From NCBI GenBank assembly GCA_029953675.1, contig JAMWBK010000001.1, forward strand, positions 620,001 to 684,000: a DNA stretch of 64,000 nucleotides. Reading direction: 5' to 3'. The first letter of the stretch is position 1; the number at the start of each line of letters is the position of its first letter. Positions 23,100 to 36,200 of this stretch are shown here, piece after piece. Made by a program: the position numbers and the translations under genes. Origin of the DNA: Rhodosorus marinus CCMP1338 (lineage: Eukaryota > Plantae > Rhodophyta). The notes under the pieces were generated by a model. The model was not told where the DNA came from. It saw only the letters and a list, made by a program, of their open reading frames with translations, and searched no databases.

Positions 23100-26000
23100 T
23101 CTAATATATAGTTTTATGCCCTTGTTCGTTAGAAATCGGGGTCAGTCTATTTTAGTACTATCAGGTCTTCATTGGCTCATAGACCCGGCCTAACCTTTTC
23201 TTTTATAATATTTGTTTTCCTTTCGTGTGCCGGACGGAGGCCTACTGGCAGTAGTTGTTTTTTTCGGAAATATCTTGGCCGAATGTTTCCTGCTTGCGGA
23301 TGCTGTGGGTTAATTTGTTTTTTGGCCCGGAAACAATTCCCTCTTTAGGGGGGTCTGATTCTGTGTTAGGTTTTTTTCTTGTGTTTTGTCAAAATTTTGG
23401 AACATTGTATTTTGAAATGTCGCTTGCGATTGAAAAAAAAAATGCCAACCACTCCATTGGAGCGTTCACTTTTTTGGGGTCTTCTGTTCAGGATTCTTTT
23501 AGCGTCTGTGGAAATTTTTTTGCGAAGCCTTTCCTCTATATACGGGTTGGTTGCATTCGTCCTACCAGTCAAATACGGGCGAGGTTGCACCTTTTCTGCA
23601 AAAGCGAGAGGGTGGGGGAGGGAGAACCACCCCGGTACTTCTTATACCATTTTAATAGTGTTTGAAAAGATTCTCGATACAAGATACGATTACGTCAACC
23701 ATTGGATATCAACAACAAGAAACACACGATATTTTCTCTTTTTGATATGGGTGGTCCATCCTCAACTAACCCCCCTCCCCCCTCCCACAAACAGTTTTTA
23801 GCCAACTTTTGACTACAAATTTGGCTACGATATGACCCCTGGCATACGAGAAGTCGTCCTCACAATCTCACGAATCTTGAATTGGCAAAGAAAATAAGGG
23901 TATGAATTCGAACTCGTGCTTTAGGATAGGGGGGGGACTCAACGCAATTGTCGGAGTTTCACCACAAGGGGTGTATTCTAGACTGCCTGTTCTTCTAATG
24001 CCGTTCTGATTTGTCATCACTCCGGAGCTCTTCCTCACAAAAAACCCATAAAATATTAAACGTTCCTACGCTGTGGAATTCCGAAAAGCCGCCACTTCTC
24101 TTCCCACCCTCCCCCCGTTGGGTTTTTACAAGAATTCCATCGAAAAAACTGGACTTGTTGCTTTCTTCTCAAATTTTTAGGTTGGCCCCGGATTTGCAAA
24201 CAACTTTGATCGTTCAAAGCAAACCCCCCCTTGTGCCAACTCGATAAGCCTCCAAAAAATCAATTTCCAAATAAATCGTGAAGATCAAGCGAAATCTTGT
24301 TTTCGACCCTACCATAGCTCACCCCCCTTCCATATCTCGCAGAGAAACTTGTGAAACTACATACTTGAAGGCGTATCTTGAGACATTCATATATACGTGT
24401 TTCTTAGAGAATTTTAGAAGAATAGATTTTGATCAATCATTATCCATGAGATCAGTCAGTTCCGGACGGAAATCTCCGGCGGTATTGGAATTGTGGAAGT
24501 TTATTCTAGCCATCCGCGCGGACCCCGGGAAAGGCTATGTCGAATTTCTTTTTTTCCCACGCATCTTTGATTGACATGTTCGGAAATGGGCATCTGATTC
24601 ACCACTAGCAACGCCTTTGAAAGACGATAAACGGAGCTTCAAGATTGGATCTGGTTACGATCCGTTCGTGCATGGCCTAGACGCGCTACCCTGAGGAGCA
24701 AGACGCCGAGAACGCGAATCCAACAGCGTTTTGAACGCCAGATTGTCAAAAAAATTCCGTCGGGAGGTTATCAAGCACGCATTGGGTCACTCCTGTCGCT
24801 TCCCAGTCGTTTCCCACGTCACCACGCTGCAGTCAGCTGTGCCACACCCTGTGGTTCCCGCATGTTATTGAGGTCTTTGGATTCATCGAGAGCTCTAGGG
24901 CGACCTAACTTCGGGACGCGCTCGTGATGAGCACTCTCGTGTTTTCATCTCTTCGTTGAGCTTTCCGCCGTGGCGTTCCAATGCGGCCTTGGTCTGAGGC
25001 CCGCTCTCTAAGGTTAGCCTAACCTTTATTCCTCTCAGGGTTGTGGTCCCTGAATAAGCGACTCGACTACTAGTCGGGATGATGGAGAAGCCGAACTTCC
25101 TTGACAGTAATCGGTTTGAGTCTCCCGCGTCGGGGCTGTTCCTTTTTTCATGCTTCATCATTATCCGTCGCCTTCGTCGAAGACGCTAAGTAAGTCAATC
25201 CATGCCGCTCTTGCGCGAAATTATTGTTTCCGAATACGGAGTGGAGTACACCTCCGTCGATGTGTACGCCACATCTGTAGATTCGTGAGCTTCTCGGAGT
25301 GGGTGGTGTAAACGATAAGCCCTTATTTGTATCGACTTGGAATAGTCTGGGATACGGAACTTGAGGCTGGAAGAGGACCGGCGATGGACCACCGTGAGCT
25401 TTCTGCACGTCATTGTAGACTATTCGCAGGTACACTTGAGACATAGCGAACGAGTTTCAAGATCGGGTCTCCGCCATGCATATTGTTCAACCACCGACTG
25501 CGGAGGAAAGAAGTTACTATCTTCCCTAACGGAACTAGAATATGTGTATCATCGATGAACTGCATCTGCCATAGCTCAAAAGGAGCTCATCTTCGAGCTG
25601 CTTTCTGCTGATTTTCCGACCATTGAATAAAGCCAGCAAGTACTCTGCCACTTTCGTCTGCGAATGCACTTGATCTCCCGCCAAAGTAACGCGTCCACCT
25701 TGTCACTTTGGAGGATCCTTTCCTGATCGTTTCTGTGCTTCAGCCGATACATTCTGAAGCCTAGTCTCCCTCTGATTCACGATCGATCGCCGAACCACCC
25801 TGCCTTCGAAGAGCACGCAACTGGTGTTAATGGGCTCTAATAGGGAGTTCTTGAGTAAAGTGTACACGGTACACCTCGCCGGGATGCAACCAGATTGAGG
25901 CGGATACGCAACTGAGGCACGGTTCCCTTGGGCAAACGGAACGTCGCGTTGGTAACCGAGAACCCGATCCGCCGCGGCTCATGATAGGGAAGGCCGAGCG

Positions 26001-27158
26001 CCACACGCATCACGAAGATGCGCCAACCCGAGGAGCCAAATTGTCAATGCCTACCCTGCAAACTTCGTGCTGAGGGCTGTGAACTGGAGTCGGTGCCGGG
26101 AAGCTGGAATGGAGGACTCACAGAATCGATCGTCTTCCAGGCTAGCTCTTGGATATCGCGGCTAGACCGCCGTTCGGGTTTGGGGCGTTCTTGTTTGTCC
26201 GCAGATGAGTTGGAGCACGTAGGAAGTCTTTTGGAGTCGCCGGCGATCTGAAAACTCTCGGAGGGATGTCGAAAGATTTGGACTAGTGAGTTTCCTTCGT
26301 TCTCGTGGAAAGCCGGATTTATTGATACACTTTTCACGTGGGCTGGAGAAGATCTGTTCACTGCAGAACTGGATTGAAGGTATGCTGCTCTTTTTCTTTG
26401 CGTACTGAGTTTGATGTCTCGAGGATGTGACAAAAAAATGGAACACAGATCGGAGCGGTTTACGGGGATTTACTTAGCCTCCCGCGTAACGCGCTGAAAG
26501 CATGGAGTCCAGTTGTGAGACTATGAAGATACCCAAAATCAGCATGCCTTCATCACTTACGTCGACGGAGGTTAAGAGCTGAGGTACCCAGGTAGTCGAT
26601 CAACATGACACGATGCTCTGTGCTATTGGCGTCTCTCCATAGGAAGATCCTTAACCACACTGATGAGACCTTGAACAGAAATCTGCTGCGTTCCAGGATG
26701 GAAGGAGCTTATTGTGAAAGAGATTGGCTAAAGCGTGTGCTTTCCTCACTACGTTTTCTGTTGACAGTTCCGAATGGTGGGAGAACGGATCGAGAAGACC
26801 TGGTGCATTCATCACTCTACCAACTAGGTTCTGAACATAACCTTATCTCGTCGAAGAAGTGATGATTGAGGCGAACGTGGGTACAATTGCAATGTGTGCA
26901 ATAGTGCACACACTCAAAAGCCGGAGGTCGATTTCATGAGGGAATCGCGCTGATAGATAGTTGCTCAGGCTGGCCACACAAGCCTGCCAAAGTGCTGCAA
27001 CCCTCGCGGAACGTGGTTCCCAGTTAAGTCTGGCCGCGGTCGGGCAGTCTGAAGTTAGTGATTTCGAGGCGCTACTGGTTTTAAGCTGGTTTGTCTCTCA
27101 GCCTACTAAAGACAGCCGTAATTTTTCTCTACATAAGATTAATCAAGACAGCCTATTT

Positions 27159-28107
27159 TTACGTGAAATTAAAACAGCTCCTCACGAACAATTCAACGGA
27201 TTTAATCACCTCCTCTGGTTGTTCGTCCAGAACGAGTGAGCCGGTTGTGAACGGCTCCATGATACTAGCTTGACCGGCTTGAAACACTTGATACGCATCG
27301 AGAGCTTGACCATGAAACTCCGAATCCCGTCCGCACATGACAAGGCCGCGAATTCGTTGGGACGAAATCTTCTTGGAGGGTAGCTCCGTTCGATTGCCGT
27401 AGGCGTAAATCATTCTCGCAGCGTCCTGTGGGCGCAGTTTTTCAACGTAGCTCACGAACCGTTCCCGCAAGTCCAAGTTGCGATCAATTATTTCCGATGA
27501 AAACCACCTGTTAAGAACCAGACTGTGGATTTTTTCAAGTAAGAAGAGGCGACGGTCAGCTCAGTTTCCTGGTTGGGCTGCGCAATGCGTACAGTGCATC
27601 GACCTACTCAATGGCGTGCCCGTTGAAACCAAAGTAATATACGTAGTACGCAGCAAACGTAGATACAGCCTTGCCAAACACTCCGGGCGCAGAGAACGCT
27701 GGGGCAACAAAGAGAAAAGCCCGGAACAAGGACGGACGGACTTCAGAAACTCGCCGGAGAAGGTCCGCTCCCATGCCTGTTCCTATTCCAAGGCAGGGCT
27801 TACTCGCCTCCGAAGAAACGATTTCTGACAGTTCCTGAACACACTCATCGTACGTCGGCCAGTAGTTGTCGGGCAGCGTCTGTCCATCCGAGCTTTGTCC
27901 TGGAGGATTGATGAAGTGAATCCTGGCTTTTTCTAGTTCCCCAGCCGTTTTCGTGCTCTTGCAGAATCCAAAGAAACCTTCAGCTTGATCCGAAGCGCCG
28001 CAACACACATCCGGGAGGACAACAACGTGGAACACTGGATCGGTAGGTCCTGTTGAAGTAACTTTCCAGCTTTTCAACCACCTCACATCCTCATTCTCCT
28101 GGAGCAT
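27159..28107 (-). CDS. NDRG/Ndr (SF21-like) family alpha/beta-hydrolase-fold protein (2 exons)
   Basis: IHFINPPGQ...WPTYDECVQEL...GIGTGMGADLL, intron 27607-27523, then LVLNRWFSSE...YGNRTEL...GSLVLDEQPEEVIKSVELFV. These follow the NDRG motifs HIxPPG, GxGAGAxIL, RxDL and EQP. Confidence 0.85.
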
Positions 28108-29280
28108 ACTTGAGCTTCGAGAGGAAACAGACTACCAGCTTCATAGATCATTCATCTTGCGGTTAGCTTTGAACCGAAAATCTTCTAGCAATCTTCCGGC
28201 TTTTTTTGAAACGGAAACTTCCTCCTGTTCCACTCGCTCAGGACTCAACCTCGTCCAATACTTCCAAAGACGAAAGCAATTCCGCTGATGTTAGGCCACG
28301 AATTACACGAGTCTGAGTTAGTTGATGTTCATACAGGGTTGTTTCAGTGCTCGGTTCCGCGGGGAAAGAATCTGTATTCGGATACCTAGGAGGCGTCCTG
28401 AACTGAATCCGTGCAAGGATACAGCCGAAACCGAAGCTTAGTCGACGCATGGGCTTCAGCGATAATCGAGTGGACCAAGAGTCCTAGCTTCAGAACGTTG
28501 CTAAGAACGAAATGGGAATTTGAGAAGCTGCTCCTCTATAGTTGAGGAATAGCACCGTCGATATGGCCGAGTGCCACTCCTCCCCAACACTGGCTAAAGA
28601 GAATAGGGATACAAGTCTTGCTTCTTCTGTATTGAGAATGAGCGTTGATTTACCTTGGCAATCATCGCAGGAAGAGGCTCGGTTTGACAAGAACACGCTT
28701 TCATGATGCTCGTTCTGACCCCATACCCTCTTCAGTGTAGCGCCGGCCTCTCTCGTGGTAGATTGTCCACAAAAACATCATAGAGAGAGGGAAGAAAAGT
28801 ATAGATCGGTGTTGGACAGAGACACTCCAATCTACGAACCTCTGGTAAGGACTACTGCAAAGTCCACCGAATGCTGCAACAACTTCGCTGCAACTGGGTT
28901 GTCCTGGGATCATTCATTCAGACACGGCTTTCATCATGACGACAGCGACAATAGTTCTTCGGGTGCGGGGTCCTGTTTGGCAAGAACCTCCAGAAATTGC
29001 CAGCCTATGAAGGTAGTTCCGGTGTGCAAGTGGTGCTACGACCCTCGTAACCCACAGTGACCGGCATCTCAAAGGTTGACTTGAAGCTCCGTGTAACTGG
29101 CGAGTCGAAGCCGATCGCTCCTTGCAAAACCTGAAATGCTATTTCTTGTCAAGCCAGTCCTCCCAGATCGAGTTGGTATCGATTCATGGAAACAACGAGA
29201 ATCGGGCCTGGGAACGCGGCCTCCTGTGGCTCAACAAGCATGCTGAATAGATTTCTGATGCGCGTTTTCGCGACTATCCG

Positions 29281-29316
29281 CAGCAATTCCAGCAATTCCA
29301 GCAATTCCTGCAATTC
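29281..29316. repeat. Minisatellite (CAGCAATTC)x4
   Basis: Three exact 9-mers plus one CTGCAATTC variant. Confidence 0.9.
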
Positions 29317-29554
29317 ATGTGGCTGCACAATGAAGCATGAAGCAATCCCATCAAAGGACCCCTGACAAGACGCGATTTTCGAAGCCGCAGGAGACCAGTA
29401 GCCGAGCGTTATTGACGCATCCTGGTCCTATGTAACGTGGCCTGAGAACCCGGGGCGTACTTTGCGGGCGCCACAACCTTTTCAAAGAAACATCGAAACG
29501 AATTGAACTAGGACAAAGCGTGGTTCCGGCACATGTATAGTTCTCCCGATTTCC

Positions 29555-29593
29555 GTTCTGAGCACATTCCGCTATGGAAAATGTGCTCAGAAC
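29555..29593. repeat. Perfect 14-bp inverted repeat
   Basis: GTTCTGAGCACATT (29555-29568) / AATGTGCTCAGAAC (29580-29593). Confidence 0.9.
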
Positions 29594-30522
29594 CAGTAGT
29601 GCTTGATGCTCACGTTCTCACGAGCAAGTAGTACCGCGATTTCAGAGTACGAGTGGTCGATGTTTAGGGAAGGATTTCATGCTCGCACCAGCCAAGTCAA
29701 TTAGACCAAGGGCTGATACGGAATTGGATTGATTGCAATCTAATTCGTACTAACGATGACTCAGGTCAGCGCCCCAGAGCAAGGAGAAATCAATGGATCC
29801 AGTGACTATCGAGAGCCAGCCAATCTGGCCTGCAGAGTCTTGGACTCAATGCTGGACCTTGGCAAGGATGGGCAAACTGGAACCCAATACGGGATGAACC
29901 AGAGTTTGGAATACCACCACTTTTCCTTCCGCGCGAAAAGTGTATTCCATCTTGCAATTATATCTAGACACGCGTCGTTCCAAAAAGAGCACATCGCAGT
30001 TAGTTTCCATAGGTTGCTCTCCAGTTTCGTAACACGTGCTAGTATCCTATTCGATAATTGACATCCTCGCAGAGATATGATTTGAAAATCAAAGATACTT
30101 CATACTGCACCCGCTCAGAACCATGAGCTTATAAGAACATGGAACGTGTTGTATTTGAGGCGCGGAGGCGAGACCATGTCCAAAAAACGATCTCATAGGC
30201 CGAGTAACTACTTCCAAAGACATTTAGAACAATTTTGGAAATCAATTTAACTTAAACCAATTCAAACTCGAGAAAAGCAATCTCGACTGACTTTCTATAC
30301 GCTGATTGGCAAAAACGACCTCCCTCAGGGGTTCCTTTCCCAACCGTTACTTGCTAGGGGCAGTCAGAGGTGAAAAGACCCAGCCTTTTGTACCCGTGGC
30401 TCGTATACCGAGAAAGGGGGGGGTACGATATTTGAACATTCTGAACTCACATATTCTATAATATGTATACCTATTATTTCATGCATTGATAATTGATATT
30501 TTTTTCTTCCCCTCTAGGTCGC

Positions 30523-30559
30523 TGCGAGCCTGAACCACCCCAGCTGGTTCAGGCTCGCA
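30523..30559. repeat. Perfect 15-bp inverted repeat, 7-nt loop
   Basis: TGCGAGCCTGAACCA (30523-30537) / TGGTTCAGGCTCGCA (30545-30559). Confidence 0.9.
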
Positions 30560-30790
30560 CCGGTTCGAAAAGAATCAGCCAACGTTGACTGAGCTAAACG
30601 GGAATTCATGAGATCACTTTATAACCGAGCTTCATGCAAAAAACCCAGCTTTTTTCGGCGGCGGAACCCTATCACAAAACGTTTCAAACGCGTCCCAACA
30701 AAGTTCCACTGTAGTGGTGGAGGACTGGGGGGGTAACAAAATAGTCCTGCTGTCCTAAATTGTAGAAATATACGTCGGATACGTTTTTTT

Positions 30791-30824
30791 ACCCCTTAGC
30801 GGTTCGTAGCCCACGCTAAGGGGT
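30791..30824. repeat. Perfect 11-bp inverted repeat, extendable through flanking T/A runs
   Basis: ACCCCTTAGCG (30791-30801) / CGCTAAGGGGT (30814-30824), with T-run on the left and A-run on the right. Confidence 0.8.
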
Positions 30825-32451
30825 GAAAAACCATATCCTAGTTGAACCAGAAGTGCGCCATTTCTCAGCCAATCAATGCGAAAAAGGAATATAGAATATG
30901 TATCCCCTCCAGGATTTTGCTTTGATGAAAGTAGATGTGATTATATATTGCCCCCTTGCCATGTCGCCCAATCTCAATTGCTTTATTTTTTAAGTTCGAA
31001 AACGGACCTTTCAACGAAACATCACTAACAGGACGGGTAGAATATACGGACTGCGTCTTGAGAAGCGTGGAAAGGGGGGAGGGGATGGTGAAACTCGAAA
31101 GATATGGCAGTACCAGAATTCACAAACCAGTGGTTCCCATAAAAAATCAGCAAAAATAATAATAAACTGGTCGAGGCCATAAACAGAGTCAGCCGGTCGA
31201 AGTATCAGTTTCTAGGTAGGCCACCCAGTACACCATCTACTCTGGCCAAGGGGTGGGAAAGAATATGTTGGTACTATTGCTAGTGAGAACATCTGGAAAA
31301 TATTTAAGAATTAATGAAACGGTCTTTCGCTTGTGGCGGAACGTTCGTATTCGTCACACGTATCTTTCAGACTACCACCACCCCCCCCCCCAATCCAAAA
31401 CAAATCTGCCGGCTGTAACCAGATCCTTATGCGTCAACGAGGAGGGGGGGGGGGGGTTAAGGGGAAGGATGTGTAGTCGTGTCTGGTGTGGAGGAAGTGT
31501 CCCAAGTATAAATTTCCACCGTTGAAACCCTTCGTATTCACTTCGGTTTCTTATAGAAAATTCGGCGGGAAGCAATCTTGAATTAATGAATATACTACAA
31601 CATTTGGAATTCTATGGGGTGCAAATTATTAACGAAATTTTCTTGCTCCAAAAACCAAAAAACACAAAAACCTTGATGAAAACCAAAAAAACAAAACCTT
31701 GAATGAATCCGCCCGGCCACTAGGCTGGAATTTTTCTGGCCGAGTCATGAACTCCATTGTTCGAAACTCCATCTAGGGGTAAAAGGTTTCATTGTCTACC
31801 ACTTAAGGGGTGGGGGAAAAAATCTCGTTTTTGCTGAATAGAAGGGAGGGGGGGGTAGTAGTGGTGACTAGGTGAGTGGAATGGGGGGGGGGGACCAAGT
31901 AAGGATTTTTGTGATGATGTTGGTTAAACTGGAAAGAAGAGGATGGGCATTGGACAAAGTTGGCGTTGGAGTGAGTTGGTGAACAAAACATCAAATGTGT
32001 TTACATAAGGACGTAATTATACCAGGAATATCCCCAGAGAGAGGGGTGGGGAGGGGGGGGTGTAGTTCAGTGTTAGATGATTGTTGTTCTGTTTTTCTGG
32101 TATACGTGGAGTAGTTTTCTGTGTGTTGCACGGGCAAAGGAAGGGTTGTTTGGGTTTTGGTGGAGGACGGGGGGGTGAAGCGGATGAGTGGGAAGTTGAG
32201 GTTTCGGGCTGCTCAGTTTGGCCTGTTCGGGTTAGGTTCCGGTGGGGTAGGGATTTAGTGAGGGCTGGGAGGAAAGGAGCTCGTGTGGAAGCAACCGTGG
32301 CTTGAAGGGCGAGGCTGAATCTGTTGTGCGACAGGTTTGGTCTTGGTTTTGAGAAGGGCTGTCCTTGGGAGGTGTTTGGTCTCTCAGGGACTGCTGTTTG
32401 ACCTGTGAGGGGAAATCGAGGCGGGTTTGTGAGAGAGTTGAGGGTGTCGTG

Positions 32452-33225
32452 ATGGCGTCGAAGGAGGCTAAAGGAGAGGAGGCAGTGGCTGAAACAGCAC
32501 CCGCAAAGGCCGGTTCTAGTATGGGGGATACCGGGAAGGAGGAGTCTGGGAAGACGGAGACTAGTGGAGGGGAACATGGAAAGAGGGCAGCTGGAAAGGG
32601 GGAACCCAGTGGTGCCGAAGTTGAGAAAGGAGAAGCTTCCAAGGAACTGGGGAAGGCCGCAAAGAGGGGTCCTCCGGGGGTGTCAAGTGGTAAAGAGAAG
32701 GAGGAAACGTTGAGGAAGGCGGTGATTTGGTTGTTAGAAGAGAAAGAGGCCGGGAGGAAGGTATCTGTTCGCCTTGCTGCTGACAAGTTCAGTCTCTCGA
32801 AGACCACTTTGCATCGCGTTCTGGCGAAGAGTCAGTCCAGCGAGGCGGAGCACGAGAAGGCCAAAGCCAAAGGTGAGGACGGCAGGAAACTGGACAAGCT
32901 GGGTATCAACTTCCTCATTGGCAGTCAGAGAGGTGGACCAGAAGGCCGAAAAAAGCAAACTTCTTGCGTGCTCAGTCCTGAGAGCAAGAAGCGAAAGGTT
33001 CCCGTGAGGACTGCTTCGGCGGAACCAACAGAGACGCTAGAGAAGGACGACGGGGATTCGTCGGCACAATCAGAGCAGACCGTGTGGCTGCAGAATTTGG
33101 GACAAGAAATTTATCGTATGCGGACGACAGTAGCACAGTTGGACGAGCGCGTAGTCGCTCTGGAACGAGAGAATAGTCAGAGGGGACACTCACCAGGAGG
33201 GAAGATTGCTACGTCCACGAGCTAG
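32452..33225 (+). CDS. psq-type helix-turn-helix protein with C-terminal coiled coil
   Basis: Single ORF from ATG 32452 (257 aa). EETLRKAVIWLLEE...KVSVRLAADKFSLSKTTLHRVL fits the psq/CENP-B-type HTH consensus (SIRxAAxxYGVPxSTL); LQNLGQEIYRMRTTVAQLDERVVALE is a heptad coiled coil. Confidence 0.7.
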   Translation: MASKEAKGEEAVAETAPAKAGSSMGDTGKEESGKTETSGGEHGKRAAGKGEPSGAEVEKGEASKELGKAAKRGPPGVSSGKEKEETLRKAVIWLLEEKEAGRKVSVRLAADKFSLSKTTLHRVLAKSQSSEAEHEKAKAKGEDGRKLDKLGINFLIGSQRGGPEGRKKQTSCVLSPESKKRKVPVRTASAEPTETLEKDDGDSSAQSEQTVWLQNLGQEIYRMRTTVAQLDERVVALERENSQRGHSPGGKIATSTS

Positions 33226-36200
33226 CCCATGTTTCTAATGACTTCAGTTTTTTTCTTTTTGGAAAACGTTAGAATTGGCATTTTCTTTTAACATTCCAGT
33301 GTTGTAGAGACTCTTCGAATAGTTGTGATTCGACGAGAACCGACTAATTTTCGAGTTGTATAGAGAAAGAAATCCCGAGCCGATGACCCCAGCTTTTCGT
33401 CAGTCTTTGGCAGAGAGAAGGGAAGGGTGGAGGGTGGCCTTCTGGCACTGAGCAAATTCAGGAATTCTTTGCCCGGCTCAGAAGGTCGCACTTCTCCAGA
33501 TTCCGGCTTCGCTTCTGTTTAGCAACCATCTTAGATTGCCTGTTAAGTGATTTTTTAATCTTAATTCATATAAAGGATTCTATACTGTATATTACAATAC
33601 CTATCAACCCAACTTTCGCACCTCGCACTGCGCCCTTCCCACATGGTTGGAAAGCCTACTTTCCTCCATCAAACACCCTGAAGAGCAGCCTCACATTAGG
33701 GTTGTCACTCTCAGCATACTACAACGAACACAAGCGTAGCTTATCAATTGCTACTGAAAGGATTCGGATACCAACTAGATCCGCTTTGAGATGCTTACAA
33801 ACACGATCGGTGAAGCAGCGAAACCAAAACAGGTCTATCTGAATCGCAAAAAAAAAGCAACAGAACAAATTTGTCGTATGGCAGCATTCCGTCATATTTC
33901 GTAACATTCCGGTTGGAAGGTATTGAATTCATAGTGGGAAATGGCGATTACTGATTTCAGTCTTGTGCGTGAGACAGCGATGGCATCTCCCAACAAGCTA
34001 TACTGAGGCTTGCGAATGCGCAGCGCTTGAGAGAGTTACAGTGCAGGTGAGTCGATTGTGCATTCTACGTTTCGCGACTCGGCGTTGGCTTGTCGGTTCG
34101 GCCCCTTCACAATCGGGTGCTTTGGTCCCGGTCGGTAGCATTGCTTCTCGCTGGCTTCGTGACCTCTCTTGTATCCCAACCCAGCTTCATAGCCTCCTCT
34201 CCGGAGCTCTCGTTGAGACTCTGGGCGTTCATACTCTGCTTCATTGTTGGACACACGTCATCAGCGTCTTTCACGCTTCTCAGGGTCGAGTTCCGAAGAA
34301 AGGATGATGAGTACTCCCGAAAGCGGCCAACCGGTTCAGCCAATCTTCCCGCCAAGAAAGTCTACACATTGTGAGCCGATTTACGCTCGAACCGTATTGA
34401 CTGAATATATGAGCAGGTAGGTTTCTTTCCAAATACTGATCATATATATTTTGTAAATAAAATCACAGGAAACTTGGTAGGATACGAAACTTCCACCCCC
34501 TATATGCTTTTCTACTTTTGGTGATAAAGATTGAATCTTTTATATACTAGAGTAACGGAAGAACGACTAGGCCAGCAACCCTGCTCATCGCAACCAGTAA
34601 CTCGTGAGTGGTCCTGAAGGCTGGAGCGGCCCAAACCTGAATCTTCGAAATGTATTGAACTAGTTTTGCTGTTACATCTTGCATTATAAGTCTCTAATCG
34701 GAAAGGCTGATTCCCATTACAGGTCAGGGGAACTAGATGGGTCTGGACGGGGGTAAACACGGACCCCACTCCCTTCCACCTCTTTTTTTTTTTTTTTGCA
34801 CAGTTCTTAATGGCTTCAGCTAGCTCAGCTTGCTCAGCTTATGCGAAAGATGTGCAGGAAGCTGAAGATCTCTCAAACGAAGCATTCTCGAACCACTGCT
34901 TGAGTTTCACTGGGTTTGCTTCGTAAACAGTTTGTACTGGAGATCAACAAGAACCGTCCAATCTCGCAAAAATCGAGTTGTCGAAGAGGCAAGTTGCTCT
35001 GAAGACCCTGGCCAGTCTATTTGGGCCTTGAACTCTGCTTCTTAGGAAACTCAATCATTCGTCTAGAGACACAATAGGGTACGTTCCTCCCCTTCTCCGT
35101 AGTCCTCGGGCGGCAACTCAACTGCGGAGTAAAAAGGGCGTGAAGCATTGACCGAAAGGGTCGCCTTGGTACCGACAGAGCCGGATATGTAGCTGTATTG
35201 ACGCGGGCCATTCTATTGAAGTTTGCACAAACTTTTAGGACAATGGAGTCAAAATTCTCGTTCTCAAGAGATGGGCCGAAGCTGAGGGTCTCTCAAGCGA
35301 GGGACGCCAGCTATCGGAGTGAGCAAGTTGCAAGGAAGAGCCTTGGTAATAGACTACTGCACGCGGGTCTCTCGAGTACTGCTTTCCGAGTCTCGCCTAA
35401 TGAGGTTTCGATGTACGATCTCTGCCGTTCCGTGTAGACGCATACGAGAAGCTTTTGCGGGTTCACGACGAGCAGAGCCGGAAGAACAAGCTTGGTTCTG
35501 GGCGCTCAAGTCTTTGGCGCCCACTACGCGCGAGCTTATATTGCTGCTTGCTCTTGAATACGATCTGTATTCTCCTACTCCTATTCGGAATTCTTTGACC
35601 ACAGTCGTGACTGGCCCTTACAAGATTCTTTCGCTTCAAGAAAGAGTACTAGCAAGTCGCAGGGGAAATTTCAAGGGTTGTTTTGCACTAGATTCCCGTG
35701 AAAATGATAGACAATGAGTTTGCGAACTTCAGATAGCCGGTATGGTCCTTTCAACACAAAGAACAGAGACTCCCTGTTGACAGTATAGAGAATAGACCAC
35801 ACTCAATACGAGTGTGCCCAGTTCTTGACATGTGGGTCCATCTCTTAAGCTCGCCCGTCGGGATCCATGGTGCGAGAAAAACGTAGTAGGATCGACTGCA
35901 AGTATCCACTATCTCCGTTTGGCTAGCCAAGCAGGTTTTAGAGGGCTTTTTCCAGCAGCTTTGGCATATTATTTTCATTAACCAGCATCTCCACGGGTGC
36001 CCAAATGGTTTCCAGCGGGGAGCTACTTTCAGCGAAGGCTGACTGTCAAACTCGCCCATCGCACAGAACGCAGCTAGTTGCTGGTCTTAGGTTTACCGGA
36101 AAACTAACAACCCCAGGTGGGTGTTCTTCGAGGGAAAGGGGAGTCACAAGCGTGTGCCTACGGCGACGCAATCAAGTCGCAATCCCTATGAAGGTCGGAG

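Noticed and set aside
28240-29030. Long protein-like minus frame with in-frame stops (similarly 6370-6800, 25500-25980, 35671-36033, 53317-53700), raising the idea of stop-codon recoding or RNA editing
   Set aside because: All verified genes use standard stops with no internal ones. Stop density in these frames is not convincingly below random and no homology was recognised, so they are not called as features.
34810-34960. QLMRKMCRKLKISQTKHSRTTA resembling a Gypsy integrase core
   Set aside because: The HPQxxGxxER motif is absent and no other pol domains or LTRs are nearby.
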